Counted from the stretch's first letter, positions 10,085 to 20,104 are shown. The stretch: 64,000 nt of DNA from an uncultured Actinomycetota bacterium (GCA_963742765.1 CAVUMY010000002.1:1194895-1258894), one strand, 5' to 3'. Notes: generated by a model from the letters alone, not told the origin. Numbers and translations: made by a program.

Positions 10085-10821
10085 CCAGCTTCGTAGGCCA
10101 CTCACCCCCGCCCCATCCGAGCGGCCCCGACCACCCCTCCATGTCGACGCCACTCGCGGTCTGTGAGCGGGCCGCCCGCACCTTCGGCTCCGGGCGACGG
10201 GCGACGGTCGCAGTCCACGACGCCTCCTGCACCATCCGGGCGGGCGACCGGATCGCACTGGTCGGGCCGTCCGGGTCCGGCAAGTCGACGCTGCTCCATC
10301 TCCTGGGCGGCCTCGACATACCCACGTCCGGTACCGTCCGCTGGCCGGCCCTCGACCACGAAGGCGCGCCCCACGGCAGCGAGGTCGCGACCGTGTTCCA
10401 GGCTGCCAGCCTCGTTCCCTCGTTGACGGTGCTGGAAAACGTCGGACTCCCCTTGCTGCTCGCAGGAAAGACCGCGGCAGAGGCCAACGACGCGGCCACC
10501 GCGGCCCTGGCCCAGCTGGCCATCGGCGAGCTCGCCCAGGCACTCCCCGAGGAGCTGTCGGGGGGGCAGGCACAGCGGGCCTCCGTCGCGCGCGCAGTCG
10601 CGAGCGGCCCACGCCTGCTGCTTGCCGACGAGCCGACGGGCAAGTTGGACCATCGGGCCGCCACCATCGTCATCGACGTTCTCCTCGAGGCCGCTGACGC
10701 GCTGTCGGCTGCGCTGGTGGTGGCGACCCATGACCACGCCATCGCCGAGCGGCTGAAGACCGGCTGGACCATGGAGTCGGGCCGTCTGCACGTAGCGGCG
10801 GCGGTCGTGGGTCGCAGATGA
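10081..10821 (+). CDS. second ABC transporter ATP-binding protein
   Basis: Walker A GPSGSGKST, signature LSGGQAQR, Walker B LLLADEPTGKLD. ATGA overlap with the permease. Confidence 0.9.
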   Translation: MTSFVGHSPPPHPSGPDHPSMSTPLAVCERAARTFGSGRRATVAVHDASCTIRAGDRIALVGPSGSGKSTLLHLLGGLDIPTSGTVRWPALDHEGAPHGSEVATVFQAASLVPSLTVLENVGLPLLLAGKTAAEANDAATAALAQLAIGELAQALPEELSGGQAQRASVARAVASGPRLLLADEPTGKLDHRAATIVIDVLLEAADALSAALVVATHDHAIAERLKTGWTMESGRLHVAAAVVGRR

Positions 10822-13479
10822 CGCTCCTGTGGCTGAAGGGGTTGCTGGCCCGACGGAGTGGACGTCTGATCGCGACAGCGACCGGCATCGCGATCGCTGT
10901 CGCGTTGTTCGCCGGCCTGGGCGCGTTTCTCACCGCGTCCAAGGCGACCATGACCCAGCGCGCGGCCCGGTCGGTCGCCGTCGACTGGCAGGTGGCCGTC
11001 GCACATCCCGCCGACACCAAGAAGGTGCTCGAGGCCGTCCGCGCAGATCCCGGTACGACGGCAACCGCCGCCGTCGAATTCGCCGCGACCTCCGGCCTGA
11101 CCGCCCACACCGGCGGCACCACCCAACAGACCGGCTCCGGCACCGTGGTCGGAATCCCGTCGAACTACGCTCAGCTGTTCCCCGGCAGCCTACGTACGCT
11201 CGCCGGAACCGACCACGGTGTGGTAGTCGCCCAGCAGACCGCCGCCAACCTGCACGTGCAGCCCGGTGACCAGGTCCGCATCGCGCGCGCCGGCTCGAAA
11301 CCGTTCACAGTGGTCGTGGCCGGCGTCGTGGAGATGCCTCAGGCCGACTCGTTCTTCCAGACGGTGGGGGCGCCGCCGCAGTCCCAGCCGACCGCGCCGC
11401 CCGACAACGTCGTGCTGTTGCCCTCAGAGACCTTCTCGACGAAGTACGCCGGCCTGGCATCGTCTCGGCCGGACCTGATCCACACGCAGATCCACGTGGG
11501 TCGAAGCCCTGCGCTGCCGAACGACCCGGCCTCGGCATACACGAGCGAGACCGGACAGGCTCGCAACCTGGAGGCGACCACCGCGGGCGCGGGTGTGGTC
11601 GGGGACAACCTCGGCACCGCCCTCGGCGCGGCACGCGAGGATGCCGCCTACTCTCAGGTGCTGTTCCTCTTCCTCGGCGCTCCCGGCGCCGTTCTCGCCG
11701 GAGCCCTCAGCGCCGCCGTCAGCTCGTCAGGGGCCACACGCCGCCGCCGAGAACAGGCGATCCTTCGCATCCGGGGCGCCAGTGCACGGCAGCTGCGTCG
11801 CCTGATCGCGGTCGAGACCGCGTTGACGGCCAGCCTGGGCGGCATCGCCGGTCTCGGCGCGGCGGCGCTGATCGGCCGGACCACGTTCGGCAGTGCAAGC
11901 TTCGGCGCCGGTTTGTCGTCGCTCATGTGGGCCGGGGTGGCGGTGGCGTTGGGCGCAGTCATCGCCACCGCCGTGATCTGGTGGCCAGCGCGTCGTGACC
12001 TGGCCGCCACGTCGACGGTGTCGGCTCTGGTGACGGTGCCGCGCCCCTCGCGTCCGCGCTGGCTGGGCTACGGGTTCGATCTCGTGCTGCTCGCGACCGC
12101 CGCGCTGATCTTCTGGCTGACGGGTCGCAACAACAACTACACGCTGGTGCTGGCCCCGGAGGGCGTGCCGACGATCTCGGTCAACTACTGGGCGTTCCTG
12201 GCCCCCGCTCTCGGCTGGCTGGGGGCGACCCTGCTGGCCTGGCGGCTCAGCGATGCGCTGCTCTCGCGTGGCCGCGGGCTCGTCGCGCGCGTGCTCCGCC
12301 CGGCTGCAGGCAACCTGGCCGGCATCTCGGCTTCGATGATGAGCCGGCAGCGCACGGTGATCACGCGCTCGGTTGTCCTGATCGGGCTGTCACTGGCCTT
12401 CGCCGCGTCCACCGCCACCTTCAACTCGACCTACCGCCAGCAGGCCGAGGTGGATGCCCAGCTCACGAGCGGGGCTGACGTGACGGTCACGGAGTCCCCT
12501 GGCAACGCGGTCCCACCGTCGTACGCCGCGAAACTGGCCGGCGTGCCCGGCGTTCGTTCGGTCGAACCGCTGCAGCACCGGTTCGCCTACGTCGGTGCGG
12601 ATCTCCAGGACCTGTACGGAATCAACGCCTCGTCGATCGGTCAGGCGACCTCGCTCCAGGACGCCTACTTCCAGGGGGCTTCGGCGGCCACTGTGCTGAA
12701 CCGGCTGTCGACCACCTCCAACGGGGTGCTGGTCAGTGCCGAGACCGTCCTGGACTACCAGCTCAAGCTCGGTGACCTCGTTCGGCTGCGCCTGGTGAAC
12801 AGCCAGTCGGGGCAGGCCGTCACCGTGCCGTTCCACTATGTGGGGATCGTCAACGAGTTCCCGACCGCGCCGCGTGACAGCTTCTTGGTGGCCAATGCGG
12901 CGTACGTCGCTGCGCAGACCGGCTCCAACGCGGTCGGTACGTTCCTCGTCAACACCGGCGGAAGCAACACGCAAGCGGTGGCGGGGTCGGTCAGCCAGCT
13001 CGTGGGCACGTCGGCGACGGTCACCGACATCTCGCAGGCACGAGGGCTGGTCGGGATCCAGTCTCACGTCGGTCGACCTGTCGGGTTTGTCCAAGATCGA
13101 GCTGGGCTTCGCTCTGGCACTCGTGGCAGCCGCTGGTGGTCTGGTGACAGGACTCGGGCTCACCGAACGCAGACGCAGCATGGCGATCGTGAGTGCCCTG
13201 GGCGCGTCGCGGCGACAACTCCGACGCCTCAGCGTGGGAGAGCCCGCGTTCGTCGTCGCGATCGGCCTGGTCGTCGGCGCCGTGGTCGGCGGTGCTTTGT
13301 CCTACCTGTTGGTCAAGATCCTCACCGGCGTCTTCGACCCACCGCCCGCGCAGCTCGCGTGGCCGTGGCTCTACCTCGCGCTGGCAGCTCTGGGCACGGT
13401 CACCGCCGTCGTCGGAGCAGCGGTAGGCGTCGGCAGGCACGTCGCCAGTCACGCTCGGGACCAGCTGCGCGAGCTATGA
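10818..13479 (+). pseudogene. large FtsX/MacB-type ABC permease whose reading frame is interrupted near 13056
   Basis: The frame opened at 10818 reads plausible permease sequence up to ...TDISQARGLVG. After that it becomes Arg-rich nonsense that runs to 13511. The +1 frame (track ORF 12838-13479) continues with SSLTSVDLSGLSKIELGFALALVAAAGG... and the last TM helices of an FtsX domain. A single extra base at or near 13056 explains the switch. Confidence 0.7.
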
Positions 13480-13495
13480 CTCGTAGCATCGAGTC

Positions 13496-14194
13496 ATGCC
13501 CGCCGTCATGATCGTCGAGGACGACCCCACGATCGGCACCATGCTGTCCAACGGCCTGAGCGCGAACGGCCACCAGGTGTCCTGGCAGCGCACTGGCGCC
13601 AGCGCGCTCGAGACGGCCCGGGCACAACCCCCCGACCTGGTGCTGCTCGACCTCGGGCTGCCCGACCTCGATGGCGTTGACGTCTGCCGAGACCTGCGCG
13701 CCATCGCGCCGTTGTCGATCATCGTGATCCTCACCGCCCGGGCCGACGAGATGGATGTGATCGTCGGGCTGGAGTCCGGAGCCGACGACTATCTGACGAA
13801 ACCGTTCCGGATGACGGAGTTGTTGGCGCGGGTACGAGCGCATCTGCGCCGATCGCCGACCACTGATCCGCCCGTGGCGGCCAGCGTCGTGGGTGATCTT
13901 CGCGTCGATCCAGGCAGCCGTCAGTGCTTCGTCCGAGACCGCGAGGTAGTGCTGCGACCCAAGGAGTTCGATCTGCTGGCCCGACTGATCGAGACGCCCG
14001 GGAGCGCCGTGGCCCGCGAGGTACTGATGGCCGAGGTGTGGGACGAGAACTGGTTCGGCTCGACCAAGACGCTCGATGTCCATGTCGCTGCCCTGCGCCA
14101 TGCCCTGAAGGAGGCCGCCGACGGATTCGATCTGACTCTGACGCTGCCGGCGATCACGACGCTGCGCGGGTTCGGCTATCGGCTCGACCCCTGA
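13496..14194 (+). CDS. OmpR-family response regulator
   Basis: Receiver motif VMIVEDDP...DLVLLDLGLPDLDG. The C-terminal winged helix ends in TLRGFGYRL. Confidence 0.9.
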   Translation: MPAVMIVEDDPTIGTMLSNGLSANGHQVSWQRTGASALETARAQPPDLVLLDLGLPDLDGVDVCRDLRAIAPLSIIVILTARADEMDVIVGLESGADDYLTKPFRMTELLARVRAHLRRSPTTDPPVAASVVGDLRVDPGSRQCFVRDREVVLRPKEFDLLARLIETPGSAVAREVLMAEVWDENWFGSTKTLDVHVAALRHALKEAADGFDLTLTLPAITTLRGFGYRLDP

Positions 14195-14206
14195 GGTCGG
14201 CGACCA

Positions 14207-14272
14207 GGGCCACAACCCGCGACTCAACGGGCCACAACCCGCGACTCAACGGGCCGCAACCCGCGACTCAAC
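14207..14272. repeat. 22-bp tandem repeat x3 (GGGCCACAACCCGCGACTCAAC)
   Basis: Units at 14207-14228, 14229-14250 and 14251-14272 (the third has one A>G change). The third unit contains the stop codon of the DinG-like gene (14268-14270). Confidence 0.9.
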
Positions 14273-16400
14273 GAAGGCGGCGGAGGGCGGCGCGGGCGAC
14301 GTCGGGGTCGTAGGTGGTCCACATCGGGGGCAGCGATGCCCGGAGGAAACTGCCGTACCGGGCCGTGGCGAGGCGCGGATCGAGGATGGCCACCACACCG
14401 CGGTCGAGCTGGGTCCGGATCAGCCGGCCGGCCCCCTGGGCGAGCAGCAGCGCGGCATGAGTCGCCGACACGGCCATGAACCCGTTGCCGCCGGCACGCT
14501 CAGCGGCCATGGCGCGGGCCGACATCAGCGGGTCGTCGGGCCGCGGGAACGGTATCCGGTCGATGATCACGAGCTGACACGTCTCTCCCGGAACGTCGAG
14601 GCCCTGCCACAGCGACAACGTGCCGAACAGGCTCACCGCCGGGTTGGCGACGAACTCGGCCTGGAGGTGGGACAGCTGGCCGTCGCCCTGGCACAGGATC
14701 GGCATGTGCGGCAGCGCCTCACGCAACGCCTCGCTGGCGGCCTCTGCCGCGCGGCGGCTCGAGAAGAGCCCCAGGGTGCGACCACCCGCCGCCTCGAGCA
14801 GCTCTCCTATCTCGTCGACCTGCGCCGACCCGAGCCCGTCACGCCCCGGTGGAGGCAAGTGGCGAGCGACATACAGGATGGCTTGCTTCGGGTAGTCGAA
14901 CGGTGAGCCGACGTCGACCCCGCGCCAGGGCTGCGCGATCGGGTCGTCCGCGGCAACTCCCCCGTCGTCGCCCTCCGCCTCTCCCCCGGACTCGGCGCCT
15001 GCCGAGGCACGATCGAGCGGTACGACGGCCACCGCCGACTCGTCAGCCGGGTCGTCGATGGAGTGGTCGACCCGCTCGGTCGGCTTGAGCCCGATCGAGC
15101 TGGCGATCGAGGTGAAGTCACCCCCGAGCTTGAGCGTGGCCGAGGTGAAGATGACCGTCTTCTCCGTCAGCAACCGGTCGCGCAGCTGCCCCCAGACCTG
15201 GAGGGGCGCGACGCACAGCTGGTTGCCGCCACGATGCCGCTCGCGCTCGGCCAGCCAGGTCACGTCCTGCTGGTTGTGTGCCACCAGCCGCTCGGCCACC
15301 TGGCGGATCTCGTCGACCATGCCGCGTGCCTGTTGCCGCGCGGCATCCGCCTCCGCGACCTGGGACTCCTTCGGAAACGCCGAGAACGCGGCGGCGGCCG
15401 CCGCCCGCAGCATCGTGAGGGCATCCGCCAGGGCCTCGGGTACGTCGTCGATCCGACCGGGTGCGACATCGTCCATCGCGGCACGCAAGGCGTCACCGGC
15501 ATCGGACATGTCGTCGGCTTCGCTGCCGTCGAGGAAGTTCCGGGCCCGGCGCGCGGCCCGTTCGATGGCCGGGACGGACAGCTCGTCGGTCGCCGCCTGC
15601 GTGACCCGTGAGGACAGCTCGTGCGCCTCGTCGACCACCACGACGTCGTACTCCGGGATCATCGGCACGCCCTCGATCGCGTCGATCGCCAGCAGGGAGT
15701 GGTTGGTGACGATGAGCTGGGCGGCGTGTGCGCGCTCGCGGCCGCGCTCGGCGAAACACTCCACGGCATACGGGCACTTGCTCGCGCCCAGGCACTCGCG
15801 GTGGCTGACCGACACCTGCTGCCACACCTTCTCGGTGTGGGCAGGGGCGCTGTCGCGGTCGCCGAGACCGCCCGCCTTGGACTCCTCCTCGGCCCACTCG
15901 CGCAACCGCAGCACTTCGGCACCGAGGGTCCCCTCCGGGAGCTCGACCAGTGCGCCCTGGTCGTCCGGGACGCCGTCGCGGATGCGGTGCAGGCAGGCGT
16001 AGTTCGAGCGGCCCTTCAAGACGGCATAGGCAGGTCGCTCACCGAGGACGTCGGCAGCGGCGTCCAGCAGGGCCGGAATGTCGCGCTCGACGAGCTGGTG
16101 CTGCAGGGCGAGCGTCGCCGTGGCCACGACGACGCGTGAGTCGTGCAGGACCGCCGGGACGAGGTAGCCGAGGGACTTGCCCGTGCCGGTACCGGCCTGG
16201 ACCACCAGGTGTTCGCGACGGCGCATCGCATCGCGGACCGCGTGGGCCATCTGGACCTGCCCGGGGCGGTCCTCGCCGCCTACGTTGCTGACGGCAGCGT
16301 GCAGGACCTCGTCGACCGAGGGTAACGCCTGCTCACTCACCGCCTCACTCACCGCGGGAACGCTACCTGACTCCTCCCACCGCGCGCCGCGACGCTCCAC
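14268..16400 (-). CDS. DinG/XPD-family ATP-dependent DNA helicase
   Basis: 710-aa ORF. Walker A QAGTGTGKS, DEAH box VVVDEAHEL, and four Cys (NYAC...HRECLGASKCPYAVEC) in the Fe-S insertion position. The start codon is not certain. Confidence 0.85.
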   Translation of the reverse strand: MERRGARWEESGSVPAVSEAVSEQALPSVDEVLHAAVSNVGGEDRPGQVQMAHAVRDAMRRREHLVVQAGTGTGKSLGYLVPAVLHDSRVVVATATLALQHQLVERDIPALLDAAADVLGERPAYAVLKGRSNYACLHRIRDGVPDDQGALVELPEGTLGAEVLRLREWAEEESKAGGLGDRDSAPAHTEKVWQQVSVSHRECLGASKCPYAVECFAERGRERAHAAQLIVTNHSLLAIDAIEGVPMIPEYDVVVVDEAHELSSRVTQAATDELSVPAIERAARRARNFLDGSEADDMSDAGDALRAAMDDVAPGRIDDVPEALADALTMLRAAAAAAFSAFPKESQVAEADAARQQARGMVDEIRQVAERLVAHNQQDVTWLAERERHRGGNQLCVAPLQVWGQLRDRLLTEKTVIFTSATLKLGGDFTSIASSIGLKPTERVDHSIDDPADESAVAVVPLDRASAGAESGGEAEGDDGGVAADDPIAQPWRGVDVGSPFDYPKQAILYVARHLPPPGRDGLGSAQVDEIGELLEAAGGRTLGLFSSRRAAEAASEALREALPHMPILCQGDGQLSHLQAEFVANPAVSLFGTLSLWQGLDVPGETCQLVIIDRIPFPRPDDPLMSARAMAAERAGGNGFMAVSATHAALLLAQGAGRLIRTQLDRGVVAILDPRLATARYGSFLRASLPPMWTTYDPDVARAALRRLR

Positions 16401-16499
16401 AGCCAGCCGTCTCGATGACCTCCCGGGCGTACTCCCCAGATCCAGCCCCCGCCCCCGGACCTGTATGTGCCCTAGGCAGGTCCCCTGTCCCTGACCCGC

Positions 16500-16543
16500 G
16501 TTTGCCTAGTTCACAAGCCAGCTGGCTTGTGAACTAGGCAAAC
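16500..16543. repeat. family-1 palindromic element, perfect 44-bp copy
   Basis: GTTTGCCTAGTTCACAAGCCAG|CTGGCTTGTGAACTAGGCAAAC is an exact 22+22 palindrome. It lies in the divergent region between the DinG-like gene and the SMP-30 gene. Confidence 0.95.
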
Positions 16544-16660
16544 GTGCGGCCAGGACTGGGAGCTTGCCCCGGGAACATACGGTATGGCGGACGACCGTGG
16601 GCTGCGCCGATGAGTCCCCGGTGAGCTGCCGGTCTGTCAGGGTGAGGGCAGGAGGTCACC

Positions 16661-17542
16661 ATGGCTGGACCCACCGGCACGGCGCGGGTCGGACCCACCG
16701 GCACGCCGCGCCTGGTCATGGCGGGTATCGCGATGGGTGAGTCACCCCGCTGGCACGACGGCAGGTTGTGGTTCTCCGACTGGGGCACCGGTCAGGTCAT
16801 CGCCGTCGATGACGACGGGGTCGACGAGGTCATCGCGTCCGTCCCGTCGTTCCCCATGTGCATCGACTTCCTCCCCGACGGCCGGCTGATCGTCGTCGCC
16901 TCGGAGGGACCACGGTTGCTGCGTCGCGAGCTCGACGGCTCACTCGTGACGCATGCAGACCTGGCAAGCCTCGCGACCCGTCCCTGGAACGACATCGTCG
17001 TCGACGGCCGTGGCAACGCCTACGTCAACAACGTGAACTTCGACTTCTCGGGCGGGGACCCGGTGCCGGGGATCATCGCGCTCGCGACGCCCGACGGACA
17101 GGTCCGCCAGGTGGCCGACGACGTCATGTTCCCCAACGGGATGGCGGTGACGCCGGACAACGCCACGCTGATCGTCGCCGAGTCATACGGCGCGCGACTG
17201 ACTGCGTTCGACATCGCCGACGACGGGTCGCTGTGGGGTCAGCGCGTGTGGGCCGACCTCGGCGACGGCGTACCGGACGGCATCTGCCTCGACGCCGAGG
17301 GCGCCGTCTGGTACGCCGATGTGCCCCACCAGTGCTGTGTCCGCGTGGCCGAAGGCGGGAAGGTGCTGCAGACGATCGACGTCGATCGCGGCTGCTTCGC
17401 CTGCATGCTCGGCGGACCAACCGGCCAGACGCTGTACGTCACCGCGAACGAGTGGAAGGGCGCCGACCAGATGTCCGACGGGTCGCGTACGGGTCAGGTG
17501 CTGGCTGCGGAGGTCTCGACATCAGCAGCAGGCTGGCCCTGA
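16661..17542 (+). CDS. SMP-30/gluconolactonase/LRE-family beta-propeller protein
   Basis: 293 aa. Motifs GESPRWHDGRLWFSD, FPNGMAVTPD and PDGICLDAEGAVWYA are typical of the family. Confidence 0.8.
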   Translation: MAGPTGTARVGPTGTPRLVMAGIAMGESPRWHDGRLWFSDWGTGQVIAVDDDGVDEVIASVPSFPMCIDFLPDGRLIVVASEGPRLLRRELDGSLVTHADLASLATRPWNDIVVDGRGNAYVNNVNFDFSGGDPVPGIIALATPDGQVRQVADDVMFPNGMAVTPDNATLIVAESYGARLTAFDIADDGSLWGQRVWADLGDGVPDGICLDAEGAVWYADVPHQCCVRVAEGGKVLQTIDVDRGCFACMLGGPTGQTLYVTANEWKGADQMSDGSRTGQVLAAEVSTSAAGWP

Positions 17543-17571
17543 GCCACCAAGGCCTGCACCCTCACAAGAGC

Positions 17572-17802
17572 TCAGAAGAGGGAGTGGACCAGCCCGAAGA
17601 ACGGCGGACCGAGGAAGCTGGCCAGCACGAACCAGGCGACGACCCGGTGTGAGAACTTGGCGGAACTGAGCGACCCGGCCATGGCCACCAGCGCGCCCTC
17701 CTCGGTGTTGCGGTCCAGACCCATCTGCTTGGCGTCGTCCGGGATCCCGTGCGTGGAGCGGACGTGCGCCGTCATCTCGACGTACTCGTCGCGATCGTCC
17801 AT
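17572..17802 (-). CDS. small hypothetical membrane protein
   Basis: 76 aa with strong third-position G+C bias and a C-terminal hydrophobic segment VVAWFVLASFLGPPFFGLV. Confidence 0.5.
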   Translation of the reverse strand: MDDRDEYVEMTAHVRSTHGIPDDAKQMGLDRNTEEGALVAMAGSLSSAKFSHRVVAWFVLASFLGPPFFGLVHSLF

Positions 17803-17874
17803 GACCTGATGCTAACCCTCCGCCACCGCACCGCCAGCCGATCGCCCAAGGACAGCCTCGGCTGACACCATGGG

Positions 17875-18540
17875 GTGATGGCGCCCGAGCTCGTGACCGT
17901 GTCGTCCCAGGGGGCCGAGCTGGTAGGACTCACTCCTGCGTTGCTCGGCGACGGCCGGACCATCCTGGGCATCACCGGCGCTCCTGGCTCGGGGAAGTCG
18001 TTACTCGCGCACGGCCTGGTGGGCGCGGTCGGCCGCCGTGCCGCGCTCGTCCCGATGGACGGGTTCCACCTCGGCGACGCCCAGCTCCGACGACTGTCCC
18101 TGCTCGACCGAAAGGGCGCCCCGGAGACGTTCGACGCCTGGGGGTACGCCGCTCTGCTCGGGCGTATCGGCGCCATGCCGGACCACCCGGTGTACGTCCC
18201 AGGCTTCGAGCGCGACCTCGAGCAACCGCTGGCCGCCGCTCTCGTGGTCGAGCCCGACGCCGGCTTGGTCGTGACCGAGGGGAACTACCTGCTGCTGCCG
18301 GGTCCCGAGTGGCAAGCGGTGGCCGCGCAGCTCGACCAGGTCTGGTTCGTGCAGACCGACGAGGCGCTGCGTCGCGACCGCCTGATCGCCCGCCACGTAG
18401 TCTCCGGCAAGCCACTCGACGCTGCCACCTCCTGGGTCGACCGGGTGGACGAGCCCAACGCCCGGTTGATCACCGCGAGCGCTCAGCGGGCCGACGTCGT
18501 CCTCGACCTCTCGTCGTGGCGCGGCACAGTTCCGGTCTGA
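17875..18540 (+). CDS. P-loop nucleoside/nucleotide kinase family protein (uridine/pantothenate-kinase-like)
   Basis: Walker A GITGAPGSGKS followed by PMDGFH, typical of PRK/uridine-kinase-like proteins. Confidence 0.7.
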   Translation: MMAPELVTVSSQGAELVGLTPALLGDGRTILGITGAPGSGKSLLAHGLVGAVGRRAALVPMDGFHLGDAQLRRLSLLDRKGAPETFDAWGYAALLGRIGAMPDHPVYVPGFERDLEQPLAAALVVEPDAGLVVTEGNYLLLPGPEWQAVAAQLDQVWFVQTDEALRRDRLIARHVVSGKPLDAATSWVDRVDEPNARLITASAQRADVVLDLSSWRGTVPV

Positions 18541-18549
18541 GACGGAGGC

Positions 18550-19596
18550 TCAGCAGCCGTTGCCGTCGGCGAAGATGCCGCACAGCGTGGGCAGGAAGGT
18601 TCTCGTGGTCCCGGTGAGGTCTTGCGACGCCTGCCGCACCTGTGCGGGCTCGCCGTAGTCGGTCTCCCCGTCGCTGACGGTCAGGAAGATGGCGTTCCCC
18701 ACCCGGCTCACCACGAAGAACCCACCGCCGAGACCGTATTGAGGGTTGCCGTCGAGGTCGTACGTCCGGTTCCAGTTCCAGGCCATGAAGGACACGTCCG
18801 GCGCCTGGGCGTCCGGCTGGCCCCACCCGGCCACGGCCAGCCTGTCGGTGTCGGTATAGCTCCAGTAGGAGTCGCTGTACGTAACGGCCCTCTCGTCGAC
18901 CCTCCGCTCGGCCGCACACTGCACGATCGCCTGACGGAGCTCAGCCATTGCCGCTGCCGCGCCCTCGCCGGACGAGTAGAGCGCGAGCTGCTCGGACTCG
19001 GCGTACTCGATGCCGTGGTAGCCGATCGAGCGGAGGTCAGTCCGCCCGTCATCGCTCGGGTATCCCGACTTCTCCGTGGCGTCGCACGGCGTGAGCAACC
19101 AGCTGTCCACACTCCGGAGGGCCTCCCAGTCCGAGGAGTCCGATGAGGTTGCCTTCGCGCCCTCGAACGGGAGTGTCAGGTCGTCCGGAAAGGTCGTGAC
19201 CCAGCCACCGCTGGGGGTCGGGCCCGGACTCGCGGATGACTGCAACGCCGGAAACTCAGGGTGATACTCCTGCGCGGTCTTGCCCCTGTCCGGCGGGACG
19301 CTGGACCGGTCCGGCGCCGTTGTCACGCTCGTGGGGGACGGCGGGCCGACCGGTTGCAGGTCGTCGCCGGCGTGATCTGAACCCGGGGCGGCCACCGACC
19401 AGCCGACGCCGACCATGACGGCGGCGACGGCAGCCAACGTGGCCACCTGAGTCCGCCGCCGGCGGGAGGCTCTGCTGCGGATCTCGGGCGCGGTCGAGAC
19501 GCGCGACTGCCGGGCTGCATCGCCGGCCAGAGCCGCCAGCCGGCTGGTCAGGTCGTCGTCGAAACGTTCAGGCGTGTGGTCAGGCAGTTCAGGCAT
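18550..19596 (-). CDS. single-pass membrane protein downstream of an ECF sigma (putative anti-sigma/sensor)
   Basis: ATG at 19596 overlaps the sigma stop by 8 nt (ATGCCTGA). One TM segment (VATLAAVAAVMVGVGWSV) and a large extracytoplasmic domain with no recognised family. Confidence 0.55.
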   Translation of the reverse strand: MPELPDHTPERFDDDLTSRLAALAGDAARQSRVSTAPEIRSRASRRRRTQVATLAAVAAVMVGVGWSVAAPGSDHAGDDLQPVGPPSPTSVTTAPDRSSVPPDRGKTAQEYHPEFPALQSSASPGPTPSGGWVTTFPDDLTLPFEGAKATSSDSSDWEALRSVDSWLLTPCDATEKSGYPSDDGRTDLRSIGYHGIEYAESEQLALYSSGEGAAAAMAELRQAIVQCAAERRVDERAVTYSDSYWSYTDTDRLAVAGWGQPDAQAPDVSFMAWNWNRTYDLDGNPQYGLGGGFFVVSRVGNAIFLTVSDGETDYGEPAQVRQASQDLTGTTRTFLPTLCGIFADGNGC

Positions 19597-20104
19597 GGTG
19601 GGCCTCCCCGTGGGGGTCAGAAGCCGGTGATGTGTGGGGGCCGAGGACCTCGGCCAGGGCGGCGCGCCCGCGGGACAGCCGGGCCTTGACGGTGCCGACC
19701 GGCGCATCGACCTCGGCAGCGACCTGCTCGACCGACAGGTCGCAGAGGTGGTGCAGGACGATCGCCCGTCGCTGGTCGGCACCGATCCGGCTCAATGCGG
19801 CGACGAGGACGGCATGGTCCTCGGTCGGAGGTCGCACATCGGGGTCTGGCCCGCGGCGGCGGTGGGCCCGCAGCCGGGAGGTGGACTGGCGCCACCGGCT
19901 GACGCCGATGTTCCAGGCCACGCGGCGTACCCAGGCGTCGGGCCGCTCGGTCAGATCGAGCCGGCGCCGGTGCAGCCAGGCCCGCACGAAAGCCTCCTGG
20001 ACACAGTCCTGCGCCTCACTGAAGCTGCCGAGCATCGCGGTCAGCTGCCCCACGAGTCTGGGCGCCGTCGCGGCATAGAACTGGTCGAACTCGCCTTCGT
20101 CCAC
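19589..20104 (-). CDS. ECF-type sigma-70 family RNA polymerase sigma factor
   Basis: 171 aa. Region 2 (DCVQEAFVRAW, PDAWVRRVAWN) and region 4 HTH (LSVEQVAAEVDAPVGTVKARLSRGR). Confidence 0.9.
   Translation of the reverse strand: MDEGEFDQFYAATAPRLVGQLTAMLGSFSEAQDCVQEAFVRAWLHRRRLDLTERPDAWVRRVAWNIGVSRWRQSTSRLRAHRRRGPDPDVRPPTEDHAVLVAALSRIGADQRRAIVLHHLCDLSVEQVAAEVDAPVGTVKARLSRGRAALAEVLGPHTSPASDPHGEAHHA

Noticed and set aside
12838-13479. 213-aa ORF as an independent gene
   Set aside because: Only its last ~140 codons make sense. They continue the FtsX permease after the frame switch near 13056, so it is treated as the C-terminal part of that gene.
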